The notes: generated from the letters alone by a model not told the origin. A stretch of 64,000 nt of DNA from an uncultured Alphaproteobacteria bacterium (GCA_902563505.1 CACEXK010000002.1:2438-66437); one strand, 5' to 3'; positions 1-10,722 are shown, counted from the stretch's first letter. Made by a program: numbers and translations.

Positions 1-2
1 AT

Positions 3-500
3 ATTCTTGTAAATCCAACAGGAAGATTTGTGGTTGGTGGTCCAGACGGAGATGCAGGTTTAACAGGAAGAAAAATCATTGTTGATACCTATGGGGGTGC
101 AGCTCCCCATGGAGGGGGAGCATTTTCTGGAAAAGATTACACAAAGGTTGATAGATCTGCTGCATATATGGCAAGATTTCTTGCAAAAAATATCGTCGGA
201 AGTGAGATTGTTAAAAAATGTTTAATTCAATTGTCATATGCAATTGGTATTGCTGAGCCAATATCAATATATTTAAGGGCTGACAAAGAATCAGATGTTG
301 ATGAAAAAAGATTAGTAGAAATAATAGAAAATAACTTTGACTTATCTCCTCTCGGTATAAAGAAATTTCTAAATTTGGATAGACCAATTTATCAAGATAC
401 ATCCTCTTACGGTCATTTTGGCAGGAAGCCTGATAAAGAAAAAGGGACTTTCTCATGGGAAACAATGAATGCGGTTGATTGTTTCAAAAAAAATTATTGA
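3..500 (+). CDS. metK: S-adenosylmethionine synthetase, C-terminal part (5' truncated by window)
   Basis: [27 protein letters not shown] and [17 protein letters not shown] motifs; frame open to window start. Confidence 0.97.
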   Translation: MLVNPTGRFVVGGPDGDAGLTGRKIIVDTYGGAAPHGGGAFSGKDYTKVDRSAAYMARFLAKNIVGSEIVKKCLIQLSYAIGIAEPISIYLRADKESDVDEKRLVEIIENNFDLSPLGIKKFLNLDRPIYQDTSSYGHFGRKPDKEKGTFSWETMNAVDCFKKNY

Positions 501-1162
501 TGCTATCTTTTTATGGGAGAAAAATACCAAGAAAGGCGAAAGGATTCCAGATTGACAATCTTCGAAGGTCAAATTTTTTTTTTAACGATGGAAAAAAACT
601 AGAATTCTTAAAAAAACAAATATTAAAATTTTCTAATTTGAATTTAGAAATCGGATTTGGTGGTGGAGAAAATATAATTTTTCAGGCCACATCAAATAAA
701 AAAGAATTTTTCCTTGCATGTGATCCTTTTCTGAAAGGGTCATTAAAATTAAAAAAGAGAATAGACTCGTTGAAGTTAAAAAACATTCTTCTGACCGATC
801 TTGATTTTCATAAGTTATCAGATTATTTGGAGGGATTGTTTTTTGAGAAAATTTATATTCTTTTTCCAGATCCATGGCCAAAAAAAAAACACAAAAAAAG
901 AAGGCTCATAAATGATAGATTTATCAACCTAATTGGTAATATTTCCAAAAGAAATACAAAAATCGTAATTTCAACAGATAACAAAGATTATTTGAACCAA
1001 ATTCTCTATTGTTTTCATAAAATGAAAGAATTTAGACTTTGTTGTAATTATTTTAATGAGTTTTTAATGCAACATATGAAGATTCCCCAAACTTCATATT
1101 TTAAAAAAGCCCAAAAATTGAGAAATAAATCTTATTTCGTACTTTTTGAAAAACTTAACTAA
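500..1162 (+). CDS. trmB: tRNA (guanine-N7)-methyltransferase
   Basis: LEIGFGGGE and FPDPWPKKKHKKRR motifs; ATG at 500 overlaps the metK TGA (TGATG). Confidence 0.93.
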   Translation: MLSFYGRKIPRKAKGFQIDNLRRSNFFFNDGKKLEFLKKQILKFSNLNLEIGFGGGENIIFQATSNKKEFFLACDPFLKGSLKLKKRIDSLKLKNILLTDLDFHKLSDYLEGLFFEKIYILFPDPWPKKKHKKRRLINDRFINLIGNISKRNTKIVISTDNKDYLNQILYCFHKMKEFRLCCNYFNEFLMQHMKIPQTSYFKKAQKLRNKSYFVLFEKLN

Positions 1163-1256
1163 TACAGAAAAATTTTATTAAATTATTTAAGTTTCTTAAA
1201 AGTATTGGTATGAATGAATCATAATTTTTTAATATTTTGAGAAAGTGAAATAAAAA

Positions 1257-2792
1257 TTGGAAAATAATGAAGTCTTAGAAGGCCAAAACTTTGATATTCT
1301 TGATGTTGCTAAAAATATTGCAAAAGAGAAAGGTATCACACCTGATGAGGTAATTGAGGCAATGGAGATGGCTATCGCCAAAGCTGGAAGAACAAAATAT
1401 GGGCACGAATTGGATATCAGAGCAAGTGTTGATAGGAAAACCGGATACATAGGATTGTTTAGATATCAAGAGGTTGTTAAAGACTTGGAGGAACTGCCTC
1501 TCGAAGAAAGAACAAATAAAATTAATTTAGATAAATTACCTAAGGATAATTCATCCCTTAAAATTGGAGATTTTTTAGTTGATGAACTGCCTCCACTAAA
1601 TTTTGGAAGAATAGCTGTCCAAACTGCAAAACAGGTAATTCATCAAAAAGTAAAAGAAGCGGAAAAAGTAGTCCAATTTAATGAATTTAAAGATAAAGTA
1701 GGTGAAATTGTTAATGGAATTGTTAAAAGAGTAGAATACGGCAACTTGATTGTTGATTTGGGAAAGGGCGAGGCAATTTTAAGAAGAGAAGAATTATTAA
1801 ATCGAGAGATCTTCAGAAGATCAGATAGAATCAGAGCCTACATTTCAGATGTAAAATTTGATTTAAAAGGCCCTCAAATCTTTTTATCGAGGGCTCACAA
1901 TAGTTTTTTAGTAAAACTCTTTCAACAAGAAGTTCCAGAGATTTATGATGGAGTCATTGAGGTAAAATCAGTTGCTCGTGACCCAGGAAGTAGGGCTAAA
2001 ATTGCTGTTTATACGAAAGAAAAAAGCATAGATCCTGTTGGTGCCTGCGTTGGTATGAGAGGAAGTAGAGTACAAGCAGTTGTGAATGAACTTCAAGGTG
2101 AAAAAATTGATATTGTTTTGTGGTCAGAGGATATAGCAACTTTTGTTGTGAATGCCCTTGGCCCAGCCGAAGTGGATAAGGTGATAATTGAGGAAGACTT
2201 AAAAAAAATAGATGTTATTGTTCCGGATGATCAGTTAAGTCTTGCAATTGGTCGCAAAGGACAAAATGTCAGACTAGCTAGTGCCCTGTCTGGATGGAGT
2301 ATCGATATTTTGACAACATCTCAAGAATCAGACAGAAGAAATGAAGAATTTAAAAGTTTGTCTCAAAAATTTATTTCAAATCTTGATGTCGATGAAGTAA
2401 TTGCTCACCTTCTAGTAACAGAGGGTTTTTCATCTATAAAAGAAATAGCTATGGTATCTCAAGATGAACTGTCTTCTATTGAAGGTTTTGATGATAACCT
2501 TTCAAGTGAATTAATAAATCGAGCTAAGGTTTGTCTAGAAAAAATAAAAAATGAAAATTTAGCATTGCTTAAAAAAGATGGTGTTGATGAGTATCTTTTA
2601 AATCAGAAAGATTTGACAACAGAACAACTTTTAAAATTAAAAGAAAATAATATTAAAAATAGAGATCAATTAGCAGATTTGTCTAGTTATGAGTTGTTAG
2701 AAATTATAACAGATATTGAAAGTAAGAAAGCTGAAGAAATTATTATTGAATCAAGAAAACATTGGTTTGAGGATAAAGATGGAAGAAAATAA
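1257..2792 (+). CDS. nusA: transcription termination/antitermination factor NusA
   Basis: FGRIAVQTAKQVI, ARDPGSRAKIAV, DPVGACVGMRGSRVQAV, LSLAIGRKGQNVRLA; TTG start. Confidence 0.97.
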   Translation: MENNEVLEGQNFDILDVAKNIAKEKGITPDEVIEAMEMAIAKAGRTKYGHELDIRASVDRKTGYIGLFRYQEVVKDLEELPLEERTNKINLDKLPKDNSSLKIGDFLVDELPPLNFGRIAVQTAKQVIHQKVKEAEKVVQFNEFKDKVGEIVNGIVKRVEYGNLIVDLGKGEAILRREELLNREIFRRSDRIRAYISDVKFDLKGPQIFLSRAHNSFLVKLFQQEVPEIYDGVIEVKSVARDPGSRAKIAVYTKEKSIDPVGACVGMRGSRVQAVVNELQGEKIDIVLWSEDIATFVVNALGPAEVDKVIIEEDLKKIDVIVPDDQLSLAIGRKGQNVRLASALSGWSIDILTTSQESDRRNEEFKSLSQKFISNLDVDEVIAHLLVTEGFSSIKEIAMVSQDELSSIEGFDDNLSSELINRAKVCLEKIKNENLALLKKDGVDEYLLNQKDLTTEQLLKLKENNIKNRDQLADLSSYELLEIITDIESKKAEEIIIESRKHWFEDKDGRK

Positions 2793-5142
2793 AGATAAAA
2801 AAATTAGTAATCCTGGCAAGCTTCAATTAAAAAAAACATTTAATGCTGGGCAAATAAAGCAAAGTTTTTCTCATGGAAGAAGTAAGTCTGTCTCTGTCGA
2901 GATTAAAAAGAAAAGATCTTTAAGCGGTATTAAGCAAGTTGAAACTGATGGAATTTCATCAGAATCAGATCAAATTGATGAGACAAAAGTTGAAGTTCCA
3001 TTATCTACTCCACAAGAGATTAATGGAAATGATATTCCTTCAGATGAAAAAAACAAAATTGACAATAGTGATGATCAGATCAAAAACAACAAGCCAGATA
3101 AAAAACAAACAAAAAAATTACCGTTTAAACCAATTGGTGAAAACAATTCAAATGTTGAGGAGCAATCTCAAGAAAATGATATCAAAAAGCAAGCGCCAAA
3201 GTTTCCAAAAACCCCAAAAAGTTTTGAGAATAGGAGGCAAGGTAAGTTAACTATTTCTGAGGCTTTAAGTGATGATAATGAGAAAGTAAGATCTCTGGCT
3301 GCTGTAAAAAGAGCTAGAGAAAAAGCAAAGTTAAGAAATTTAAACAAAATAGAAAACAAAGAATCTCTTGAAAATAAAGAAAAAAGAAAAAAAGAAATTA
3401 TTATTCCTGATTTTATTGAAGTCAATGAATTAGCATCAAGGATGGCAGAAAAATCTTCTACATTGATTAAAGCTCTAATGAAGCTTGGTGTAATGGCAAC
3501 TATTAATCAATCAATTGACGGTGATACAGCCGAACTTCTGGTAATTGAATTTGGACATACTTCAAAACGAGTTAGTGACTCAGATGTTGAATTGGGTTTA
3601 GATGGAGCAAAAGATTTAGATAAAGATCTTGAGCAAAGGCCACCTGTTGTTACAGTGATGGGACATGTAGATCATGGAAAAACTTCTTTGCTAGATTCAA
3701 TTAGAGAAAAAAAAGTTGCATCCGGCGAAGCTGGAGGCATCACCCAGCATATAGGGTCTTACATCGTTGAAACTAAAAGCAAAAAAAAAATTACTTTTAT
3801 TGATACCCCTGGTCATGCTGCTTTCAGTCAAATGAGAGCGAGAGGTTCAAATATAACTGATATTATAATACTTGTAGTTGCAGCTGATGATGGAGTGAAT
3901 GAACAAACAATTGAAGCAATAAGTCACGCAAAAGCATCGGGTTGTCCGATTATTGTTGCTGTCAATAAAATTGATCTTCCTGCTTCAAATCCCCAAAAAA
4001 TTGAGAATGATCTCATGAAATATGAGATAATTAGCGAAAAAATGGGTGGAGAAAATGTTTTTGTTAATGTTTCTGCTAAAACAAAAGAAGGACTTGACGA
4101 ACTCATTGAGTCAATTGTTTTACAGTCAGAGATCCTTGAATTAAAGGCTAATCCAAACAGAAAAGCAGAAGGGACAGTTATTGAATCTAAAGTTGAAAAA
4201 GGAAAAGGTACAGTTGCTTCAATATTAATCCAAAATGGTACTCTAAAAGTTGGCGACATAGTAGTGGTTGGCAAAGAATGGGGTAAAGTAAGAGCATTGT
4301 ATGATGATGAAGGAAAAAAACGAGAAATAGCTTTACCAAGTCATCCAGTTGAACTTATTGGTTTGTCTGGAGCACCAGAATCTGCTGATAGTTTGGTTGT
4401 TGTAGATAACGAATCAAGAGCTCGAGAGGTTACACAATACAGATCGAGAAGAAAAAGAATAGAGGAAAATTCTTCTGTAAAAAGAATTTCCTTAGATCAA
4501 ATGATTAAAAATGCTGGTGAAGATGAAAAGAATATATTTCAGATTATTATAAAGGCAGATGTTCACGGATCAAAGGAAGCAATAGAGCAAAGTTTGAAAG
4601 AAATGACCTCCGAAAAAATTGAAATAAAAATCCTTCACAGTGGGGTTGGTGAGATCAATGAATCTGATGTTACACTTGCTATTGCATCAAACGCAATAAT
4701 TTTTGGTTTCAATGTAAAAGCAAATACTCAAGCCAAAAATTTATCTAAACAAGAAAAGGTAACTATAAAATATTTTTCAATAATTTATGAAGTTATTGAT
4801 GAAGCAAAAAAAATAATCGAGGGATTATTTGAAAATGAAGTCAGTGAAACTCTAATTGGAAATGCACTGATAAAAAAAGTTTTTGAAATATCAGATTCAA
4901 ATAAAGTTGCTGGATGTTTGGTCGAAAAAGGTAAGGTTACATCAAATGCCTTTGCAAAAATAATCAGAGAGGAAAAAGTAGTTGCAGAAGCTGAAATACA
5001 ATCATTAAAAAGAGAGAAAAATCAGGTAAAGGAAGTTTTGTCGGGTCTTGAGTGTGGAATAAACTTTTCAAAATTTAATGATATTAAAGAAAATGATAAA
5101 ATTGAATTTTATATTAGAGAGAGTAATGAGAAGAAAAAATGA
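2779..5142 (+). CDS. infB: translation initiation factor IF-2
   Basis: GQIKQSFSHGRSKSV, MGHVDHGKTSLLD, GEAGGITQHIG, DTPGH; likely start is ATG 2779 (MEENK) rather than 2716. Confidence 0.97.
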   Translation: MEENKDKKISNPGKLQLKKTFNAGQIKQSFSHGRSKSVSVEIKKKRSLSGIKQVETDGISSESDQIDETKVEVPLSTPQEINGNDIPSDEKNKIDNSDDQIKNNKPDKKQTKKLPFKPIGENNSNVEEQSQENDIKKQAPKFPKTPKSFENRRQGKLTISEALSDDNEKVRSLAAVKRAREKAKLRNLNKIENKESLENKEKRKKEIIIPDFIEVNELASRMAEKSSTLIKALMKLGVMATINQSIDGDTAELLVIEFGHTSKRVSDSDVELGLDGAKDLDKDLEQRPPVVTVMGHVDHGKTSLLDSIREKKVASGEAGGITQHIGSYIVETKSKKKITFIDTPGHAAFSQMRARGSNITDIIILVVAADDGVNEQTIEAISHAKASGCPIIVAVNKIDLPASNPQKIENDLMKYEIISEKMGGENVFVNVSAKTKEGLDELIESIVLQSEILELKANPNRKAEGTVIESKVEKGKGTVASILIQNGTLKVGDIVVVGKEWGKVRALYDDEGKKREIALPSHPVELIGLSGAPESADSLVVVDNESRAREVTQYRSRRKRIEENSSVKRISLDQMIKNAGEDEKNIFQIIIKADVHGSKEAIEQSLKEMTSEKIEIKILHSGVGEINESDVTLAIASNAIIFGFNVKANTQAKNLSKQEKVTIKYFSIIYEVIDEAKKIIEGLFENEVSETLIGNALIKKVFEISDSNKVAGCLVEKGKVTSNAFAKIIREEKVVAEAEIQSLKREKNQVKEVLSGLECGINFSKFNDIKENDKIEFYIRESNEKKK

Positions 5143-5500
5143 TTTGCAACTTTATAAAACTTTTTCAAAAAAACCAAGGTCACTGAAGATTGCAGAATTA
5201 ATAAAGAGAACATTAGCTGAAATATTTGTTTCACAGAATTTCACTGATGATAAAGGTAAAAATTTTATTATATTTATTGAGAATGTTGATCTTTCAAAGG
5301 ATGCTAAAATTGCAACAGTCTTTCTTAATAGTTTTTCTTATAAAGATAATGGTGATCAACAATCAATAATTGAGGCTGTGGAAAAAAATTTAATGAGAGT
5401 TAAAAGGGAATTTTCTAATAAAATGGAATTAAGATATACTCCAAAACTAAGATTTAGGATGGATTTTAAAAATGATAAAAGATCAAAACTGAAAAAATAA
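5126..5500 (+). CDS. rbfA: ribosome-binding factor A
   Basis: R.LKIAELIKRTLAEIF, VDLSKDAKIATVF, LRYTPKLRF; position between infB and truB. Confidence 0.88.
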   Translation: MRRKNDLQLYKTFSKKPRSLKIAELIKRTLAEIFVSQNFTDDKGKNFIIFIENVDLSKDAKIATVFLNSFSYKDNGDQQSIIEAVEKNLMRVKREFSNKMELRYTPKLRFRMDFKNDKRSKLKK

Positions 5501-5532
5501 TTGATGATTTAAATGGTTGAAGGTTAAAGCTA

Positions 5533-6438
5533 ATGAAAAAAAATTTTATGGGATGGATTTTCTTGGATAAACCAATTGGGATGTCCTCAAATTTAGCATT
5601 ACAAAAAGTTAGAAAAATTTTTGAAAACTGTAAGGCTGGTTACATAGGCACACTTGATCCTCTGGCCTCAGGTTTTTTACCAATAGCTTTAGGTAAAGCA
5701 ACCAAAACAATTAAATATTTAGAGAATTTTACTAAAGAATATATTTTTACAATTAAATGGGGGTTAAAAACCACAACTGGTGATTTAGAAGGAGATACTC
5801 TATCAATAAATAATAAATATCCAAGTCAATCATTGATCAATGATAAAATTAAATTTTTCTCTGGCCTAACTTTTCAGAAACCTCATCGTTTTTCCTCAAA
5901 AAAAATCAATGGGGTTAGGGCTTATGAATTGGCCAGAAAAAAAAAAAATTTTACACTAAAAAAAAATAAAATAAATATTTATAAATTTACTTTGTTAAAA
6001 CAATTATCAAAAGATAAAACCCTTTTTTATGTTAAATGTAGCCCAGGCACATACATTAGAAGTCTCGCTGAAGACATGGCTGAAATTATGGGAACTTACG
6101 GGACATTAATTTCGTTAAGAAGAACGGGATTTGGCGATTTAAATAAAAAACTTATTTCACTAGATTATTTGTCAAGTTTAGTGCATAGTGATGAGCGCAT
6201 AAAAGTTGTTAAACCAATTAACTTGGTTTTTAATAATGTTAACGAAATAGTTTTGGATAAAGCGGAGTTTGATCATATATTAAATGGTAGATCAATAAAG
6301 ACGAGAAAAGATTTCATGTTGGGGAAACATAAAAAAAATAAAGATCTTATAATCGCAAAATTCGAGGACAAAATTGTTGCAATAGGTTCATACATAAATG
6401 AGAATTTTTACCCAAAGAAATTATTAAGAAATTTGTAA
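5533..6438 (+). CDS. truB: tRNA pseudouridine(55) synthase
   Basis: LDKPIGMSS, GTLDPLASG, CSPGTYIRSLAED, LRRT. Confidence 0.95.
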   Translation: MKKNFMGWIFLDKPIGMSSNLALQKVRKIFENCKAGYIGTLDPLASGFLPIALGKATKTIKYLENFTKEYIFTIKWGLKTTTGDLEGDTLSINNKYPSQSLINDKIKFFSGLTFQKPHRFSSKKINGVRAYELARKKKNFTLKKNKINIYKFTLLKQLSKDKTLFYVKCSPGTYIRSLAEDMAEIMGTYGTLISLRRTGFGDLNKKLISLDYLSSLVHSDERIKVVKPINLVFNNVNEIVLDKAEFDHILNGRSIKTRKDFMLGKHKKNKDLIIAKFEDKIVAIGSYINENFYPKKLLRNL

Positions 6439-6462
6439 TCAAAAGAAGTTGAAAGGAAGAAA

Positions 6463-6726
6463 ATGGTTGAAAAAAAAGAAAATGTAAAGACTGAGGAAAA
6501 ACATTCAAATAAGGAAAATTCTGGAAGCAGTGAGTTCCAAGTTACAGTTTTTACAAAAAGAATTAAAACATTAACGGAACATCTTAAATTAAATAAAAAA
6601 GATCACAATACAAGAAGGGGATTAATGCGACTAGTCGGCAAAAGAAAAAAGCTATTAAGCTATTTAAAAGAAAAAAGCACAGATAGGTATGATTCAATAA
6701 TTAAATCTCTTGGGTTAAGAAGATAA
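6463..6726 (+). CDS. rpsO: 30S ribosomal protein S15
   Basis: GSSEFQV...[26 protein letters not shown]...LGLRR; SD-like AAGGAAG upstream. Confidence 0.96.
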   Translation: MVEKKENVKTEEKHSNKENSGSSEFQVTVFTKRIKTLTEHLKLNKKDHNTRRGLMRLVGKRKKLLSYLKEKSTDRYDSIIKSLGLRR

Positions 6727-6747
6727 GTTTTAGCAAAGGAGATAAAT

Positions 6748-8817
6748 ATGTTTGATATATCAAGTGTTCAATTAGATTGGCAAGGGCTAGATTTAAAATT
6801 AGAAACTGGTTTAATGGCAAGACAGGCTGATGGTGCAGTTGTTGTTTCGTTGGGTGATACATCAGTATTATGCACAGTGACTGCGGCTAGAGATGCAGAC
6901 AAAAATTTAGATTTCTTCCCATTATCTGTTCACTATATTGAGAAAGCCTATGCAGCAGGAAAAATTCCTGGAGGATTTTTTAAAAGAGAGGGGCGCCCTG
7001 CTGAAATAGAAATCTTAAATTCAAGGTTGATTGATCGACCAATGAGGCCACTATTTCATAAGGACTTTAAGAATGAGACCCAAATAATTTGTACAGTAAT
7101 CAGTTATGATGGAGAAAATGATCCTGCAATATGTGCAATGATTGGAGCTTCAGCAGCAGCGACAATTTCAGGACTTCCTTTTCTTGGGCCGATTGCCTGC
7201 GCAAGAGTAGGCTATACAGATGGAGATTATATTTTAAATCCTACAAAAGAGGAGTTGAAAGATAGCGAACTTGATTTAGTTGTAGCAGGAACGAGAGAAG
7301 GGGTACTGATGGTTGAATCTGAAGCCCATGAATTACCAGAGGAAATAATGCTTGGAGCGGTACAATTCGGTTTTAATGAGTTTCAACCTGTAATAAAAAA
7401 GATTATTGAGCTTGCAGAAAAATCCGCTAAACCATCTTGGGATTTAGTAAGCCCCGAAAAGCCAAGCTTTATAAAAGATATGAAAAAGTTTGCAGTTCCA
7501 GAACTAGAAACTTCATATAAAATTAAAGAAAAGAAAAAAAGAAATGATTCACTAAATGAAATTAGAGGTAAGATTATAGAAAAATTTAGTGAAAATGATG
7601 AAGATATAAATGTTGTCAGTGATGCAATCAAGGGTCTGGAAAAAGAAATTGTCAGAGCATCAATACTTAAAACTGGAAAGAGAATTGATGGAAGGGACTT
7701 GGACACTGTTAGAGCAATAGATGTGAGAGTTGATTTGTTTAGCAGTTCTCATGGAAGTGCTTTGTTTACGAGGGGGGAGACGCAAGCATTTGTAACAACA
7801 ACATTGGGTACAAGTAGTGATGAACAAATGTTGGATACATTAGATGGAGATCTTAAAGAAAAATTTCTTTTGCACTATAACTTTCCTCCATTTTCAGTCA
7901 ATGAAGTTGGAAGGATTGGTTCAACTGGACGACGAGAAGTTGGTCACGGTAAACTTGCTTGGAGATCTATCAATCCCATTTTAAGTAAAGTAAAAGATTT
8001 TCCATACACTTTAAGAGTTGTTTCTGAAATTACGGAATCTAATGGTTCTTCCTCTATGGCAACAGTTTGCGGTGCTTCTTTGGCTCTTATGGATGCTGGA
8101 GTGCCTCTAGAAAAATCTGTAGCGGGTGTTGCTATGGGTCTTATAAAAGAGAAAGATAATTTTGTGGTTTTAACAGACATTCTTGGAGATGAGGATCATT
8201 TAGGTGATATGGATTTCAAAGTTGCAGGAACAAAAAGTGGGATTACTGCTCTTCAAATGGATATAAAGGTTGATGGAATAACCGAGGAGATAATGAAGGA
8301 TGCTTTGACCAAAGCCTTAAATGCTAGAAAACATATTTTATCAGAAATGGATAAGGTTGTAAGTGGTCCCAGAAAAATGACAAAACCAAATGCTCCAAAA
8401 ATCTTTACAATAAAAATTGATAAATCTAAAATTAGAGAGGTTATTGGATCTGGGGGTAAGGTTATAAAAGATATTTGTGAAAAATCAGGTGCTAAGGTAG
8501 AAATAGATGACGATGGAATTGTAACGGTATTCTCTGCAAAATCTAGCGATGGTGAAATAGCAAGAGGAATGATTAATGATATTGTCGCTGAACCAGAAGT
8601 TGGCAAGATTTATTCAGGAAAGGTTGTAAAAACAACTGACTTTGGTGCATTTGTAAACTTTATGGGTAGTCGTGATGGATTGGTCCACATAAGTCAGTTA
8701 AAAAACGAGAGAGTTGAGAAAACAACAGATGTTGTTAATGAAGGTGATGAAGTAAAAGTAAAAGTTATTGGTGTTGATGATAGAGGTAAGGTAAAGTTAA
8801 GCATAAAAGATGTATAG
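6748..8817 (+). CDS. pnp: polyribonucleotide nucleotidyltransferase
   Basis: [45 protein letters not shown] and S1 domains; AAGGAG SD. Confidence 0.98.
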   Translation: MFDISSVQLDWQGLDLKLETGLMARQADGAVVVSLGDTSVLCTVTAARDADKNLDFFPLSVHYIEKAYAAGKIPGGFFKREGRPAEIEILNSRLIDRPMRPLFHKDFKNETQIICTVISYDGENDPAICAMIGASAAATISGLPFLGPIACARVGYTDGDYILNPTKEELKDSELDLVVAGTREGVLMVESEAHELPEEIMLGAVQFGFNEFQPVIKKIIELAEKSAKPSWDLVSPEKPSFIKDMKKFAVPELETSYKIKEKKKRNDSLNEIRGKIIEKFSENDEDINVVSDAIKGLEKEIVRASILKTGKRIDGRDLDTVRAIDVRVDLFSSSHGSALFTRGETQAFVTTTLGTSSDEQMLDTLDGDLKEKFLLHYNFPPFSVNEVGRIGSTGRREVGHGKLAWRSINPILSKVKDFPYTLRVVSEITESNGSSSMATVCGASLALMDAGVPLEKSVAGVAMGLIKEKDNFVVLTDILGDEDHLGDMDFKVAGTKSGITALQMDIKVDGITEEIMKDALTKALNARKHILSEMDKVVSGPRKMTKPNAPKIFTIKIDKSKIREVIGSGGKVIKDICEKSGAKVEIDDDGIVTVFSAKSSDGEIARGMINDIVAEPEVGKIYSGKVVKTTDFGAFVNFMGSRDGLVHISQLKNERVEKTTDVVNEGDEVKVKVIGVDDRGKVKLSIKDV

Positions 8818-8825
8818 AGAAAAAA

Positions 8826-10220
8826 ATGCTTGAATCTATGATTATATCGGGTAAAGATTCTTTGCCTATTATTGAAGGTGGAAAAGGAATAGCAGTAAGT
8901 AGTGGAGAAAGTTCTGGAGCATGGGCTAAAGCTGGAGGTGTTGGAACATTTTCTGGAGTCAATGCTGATTCATATGATGAAAATGGTAACTTAATCCCCC
9001 AAGTCTATAAAGAAAAAACAAGATCTGGAAGACACCGAGAGCTTATAAATTATTCAGTTGCTGGAGCAGTTGAACAGGCGAAAATTGCCAGGGATATTGC
9101 TGGAGATAAAGCTCCAATACATATAAATATTTTATGGGAAATGGCTGCAGCAGAACAAATTCTTGAAGAAACACTAAAACAAGCTTCTGGGATTATTGAT
9201 GGCGTAACCTGTGGTGCAGGAATGCCTTATAAGCTATCTGAGATTGCTGCAAAATATAAGGTTTTTTATTATCCTATTGTTTCATCTGCTCGAGCCTTTA
9301 ACGCATTGTGGAAAAGATCTTATAGGAAAACATCTGAATTTCTGGGTGGTGTTGTTTATGAGGATCCATGGTTAGCAGGAGGACATAATGGTCTATCGAA
9401 TAGTGAAAACCCACTTAAGCCTCAACCACCTTTTCCAAGAGTAAAAGACTTAAGGTCTTTAATGAATCAGTTTGATTTAAAAGAAGTTCCGATAATAATG
9501 GCTGGTGGGGTATGGAATCTTAGTGAGTGGGCTGATTGGATAAATAACCCAGATATAGGAAAAATTGCCTTTCAATTTGGGACAAGACCCTTACTTACTG
9601 TTGAAAGTCCAATTCCCGCAGAATGGAAAAAAAAGCTTTTAACAATTAAAAAAGGAGAAGTTTCGCTACATAGATTCAGTCCAACAGGTTTTTACTCATC
9701 AGCTGTTAAAAATGATTTTCTCAATGAACTAGAGCAAAGATCATTGAGACAGACACCTTATTTAAAGGAGCAAACAAACGAATTTAACGAAAAAATTGAA
9801 ATTGGACCAAGAAATAGAGCCTATTATGTAAAACATGCAGATAAATCTAAAATACTAAATTGGATTAAGAAGGGTTTTTCTAAACCAATGACAACTCCTA
9901 GTGACACTTTGATTTGGGTCACTCTCAAAAAAGCCAGTCAAATAGTTAAGGATCAAATTGATTGTATGGGCTGCCTATCTTCTTGTTTATTTAGTAACTG
10001 GTCTCAGAATGAAAAAGGCACAACTGGTAAAAAAGCTGACCCAAGATCTTTCTGCATCCAGAAAACACTGCAAAGAATAAGTCATGGAATTTCCTCAATT
10101 GAAAATGAATTAATGTTTGCTGGCCACTCTGTTTATAGATTTGCAAGGGATCCTTTTTATAAGGGTGGATTTATTCCAAAAGTAAAAGAGCTTGTAGATA
10201 GAATCATGAAAGGTCAATAA
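8826..10220 (+). CDS. nitronate monooxygenase / FabK-FabX family FMN oxidoreductase with C-terminal Cys cluster
   Basis: PIIEGGKG, GAGMP, AGGHNG, IIMAGGV, FQFGTR, then CMGCLSSC...FCI...LMFAG. Confidence 0.8.
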   Translation: MLESMIISGKDSLPIIEGGKGIAVSSGESSGAWAKAGGVGTFSGVNADSYDENGNLIPQVYKEKTRSGRHRELINYSVAGAVEQAKIARDIAGDKAPIHINILWEMAAAEQILEETLKQASGIIDGVTCGAGMPYKLSEIAAKYKVFYYPIVSSARAFNALWKRSYRKTSEFLGGVVYEDPWLAGGHNGLSNSENPLKPQPPFPRVKDLRSLMNQFDLKEVPIIMAGGVWNLSEWADWINNPDIGKIAFQFGTRPLLTVESPIPAEWKKKLLTIKKGEVSLHRFSPTGFYSSAVKNDFLNELEQRSLRQTPYLKEQTNEFNEKIEIGPRNRAYYVKHADKSKILNWIKKGFSKPMTTPSDTLIWVTLKKASQIVKDQIDCMGCLSSCLFSNWSQNEKGTTGKKADPRSFCIQKTLQRISHGISSIENELMFAGHSVYRFARDPFYKGGFIPKVKELVDRIMKGQ

Positions 10221-10251
10221 ATAATTCACCGCCTTAAAAAAACTAAATTTT

Positions 10252-10722
10252 TTAATTTTCAGAATTAAATCCCCACAAATCATTTTTTTTAACCCATCCC
10301 CTGATTTTTTTTGTATCTGAAACATTACACCATTCTTTTTTACATTTGAGTATTTTGAAAATAAATTCTTTTTCAGCAATTGCCAGAATCTTAGATTTGG
10401 AATTTGGAAATTTATGAAGATTCGATGAAGGTGAAGTTACTATAACAAAATTTTCTTTTTTTAATTGAGTTTTTGATACCCAACCCTCACGCTTCTTATA
10501 ATCTCTAATTTTAAACCAGTTCTCAAACTCCTCAATTATTTCTAAAGGGTAACCTTTTATTAATATTTTATATAACTTTAGATGATTGATTCCAGGACCA
10601 ATCCGAATATTGACTTCATTATATTTTGTGGAATAAAAATTTTTTTTTTTAAAACTTAAAAGATCATTAAGTGGTATAATTGAAAAAACTAAAATGAAAA
10701 AAAATGATTTTAAAAAAAGCAT
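10252..10722 (-). CDS. exported tandem bacterial SH3 (SH3b) domain protein
   Basis: signal-like N-terminus; VNIRIGPG...EEFENWFKIRD...GWV and second repeat C..EWC.V.....RGWV...LWG. Confidence 0.85.
   Translation of the reverse strand: MLFLKSFFFILVFSIIPLNDLLSFKKKNFYSTKYNEVNIRIGPGINHLKLYKILIKGYPLEIIEEFENWFKIRDYKKREGWVSKTQLKKENFVIVTSPSSNLHKFPNSKSKILAIAEKEFIFKILKCKKEWCNVSDTKKIRGWVKKNDLWGFNSEN

Noticed and set aside
2939-8606. Alternate-frame and antisense ORFs inside infB and pnp (and similar ones throughout the window)
   Set aside because: Shadow ORFs of well-conserved genes; Ile/Phe/Ser-rich composition expected from the antisense of AT-rich codons
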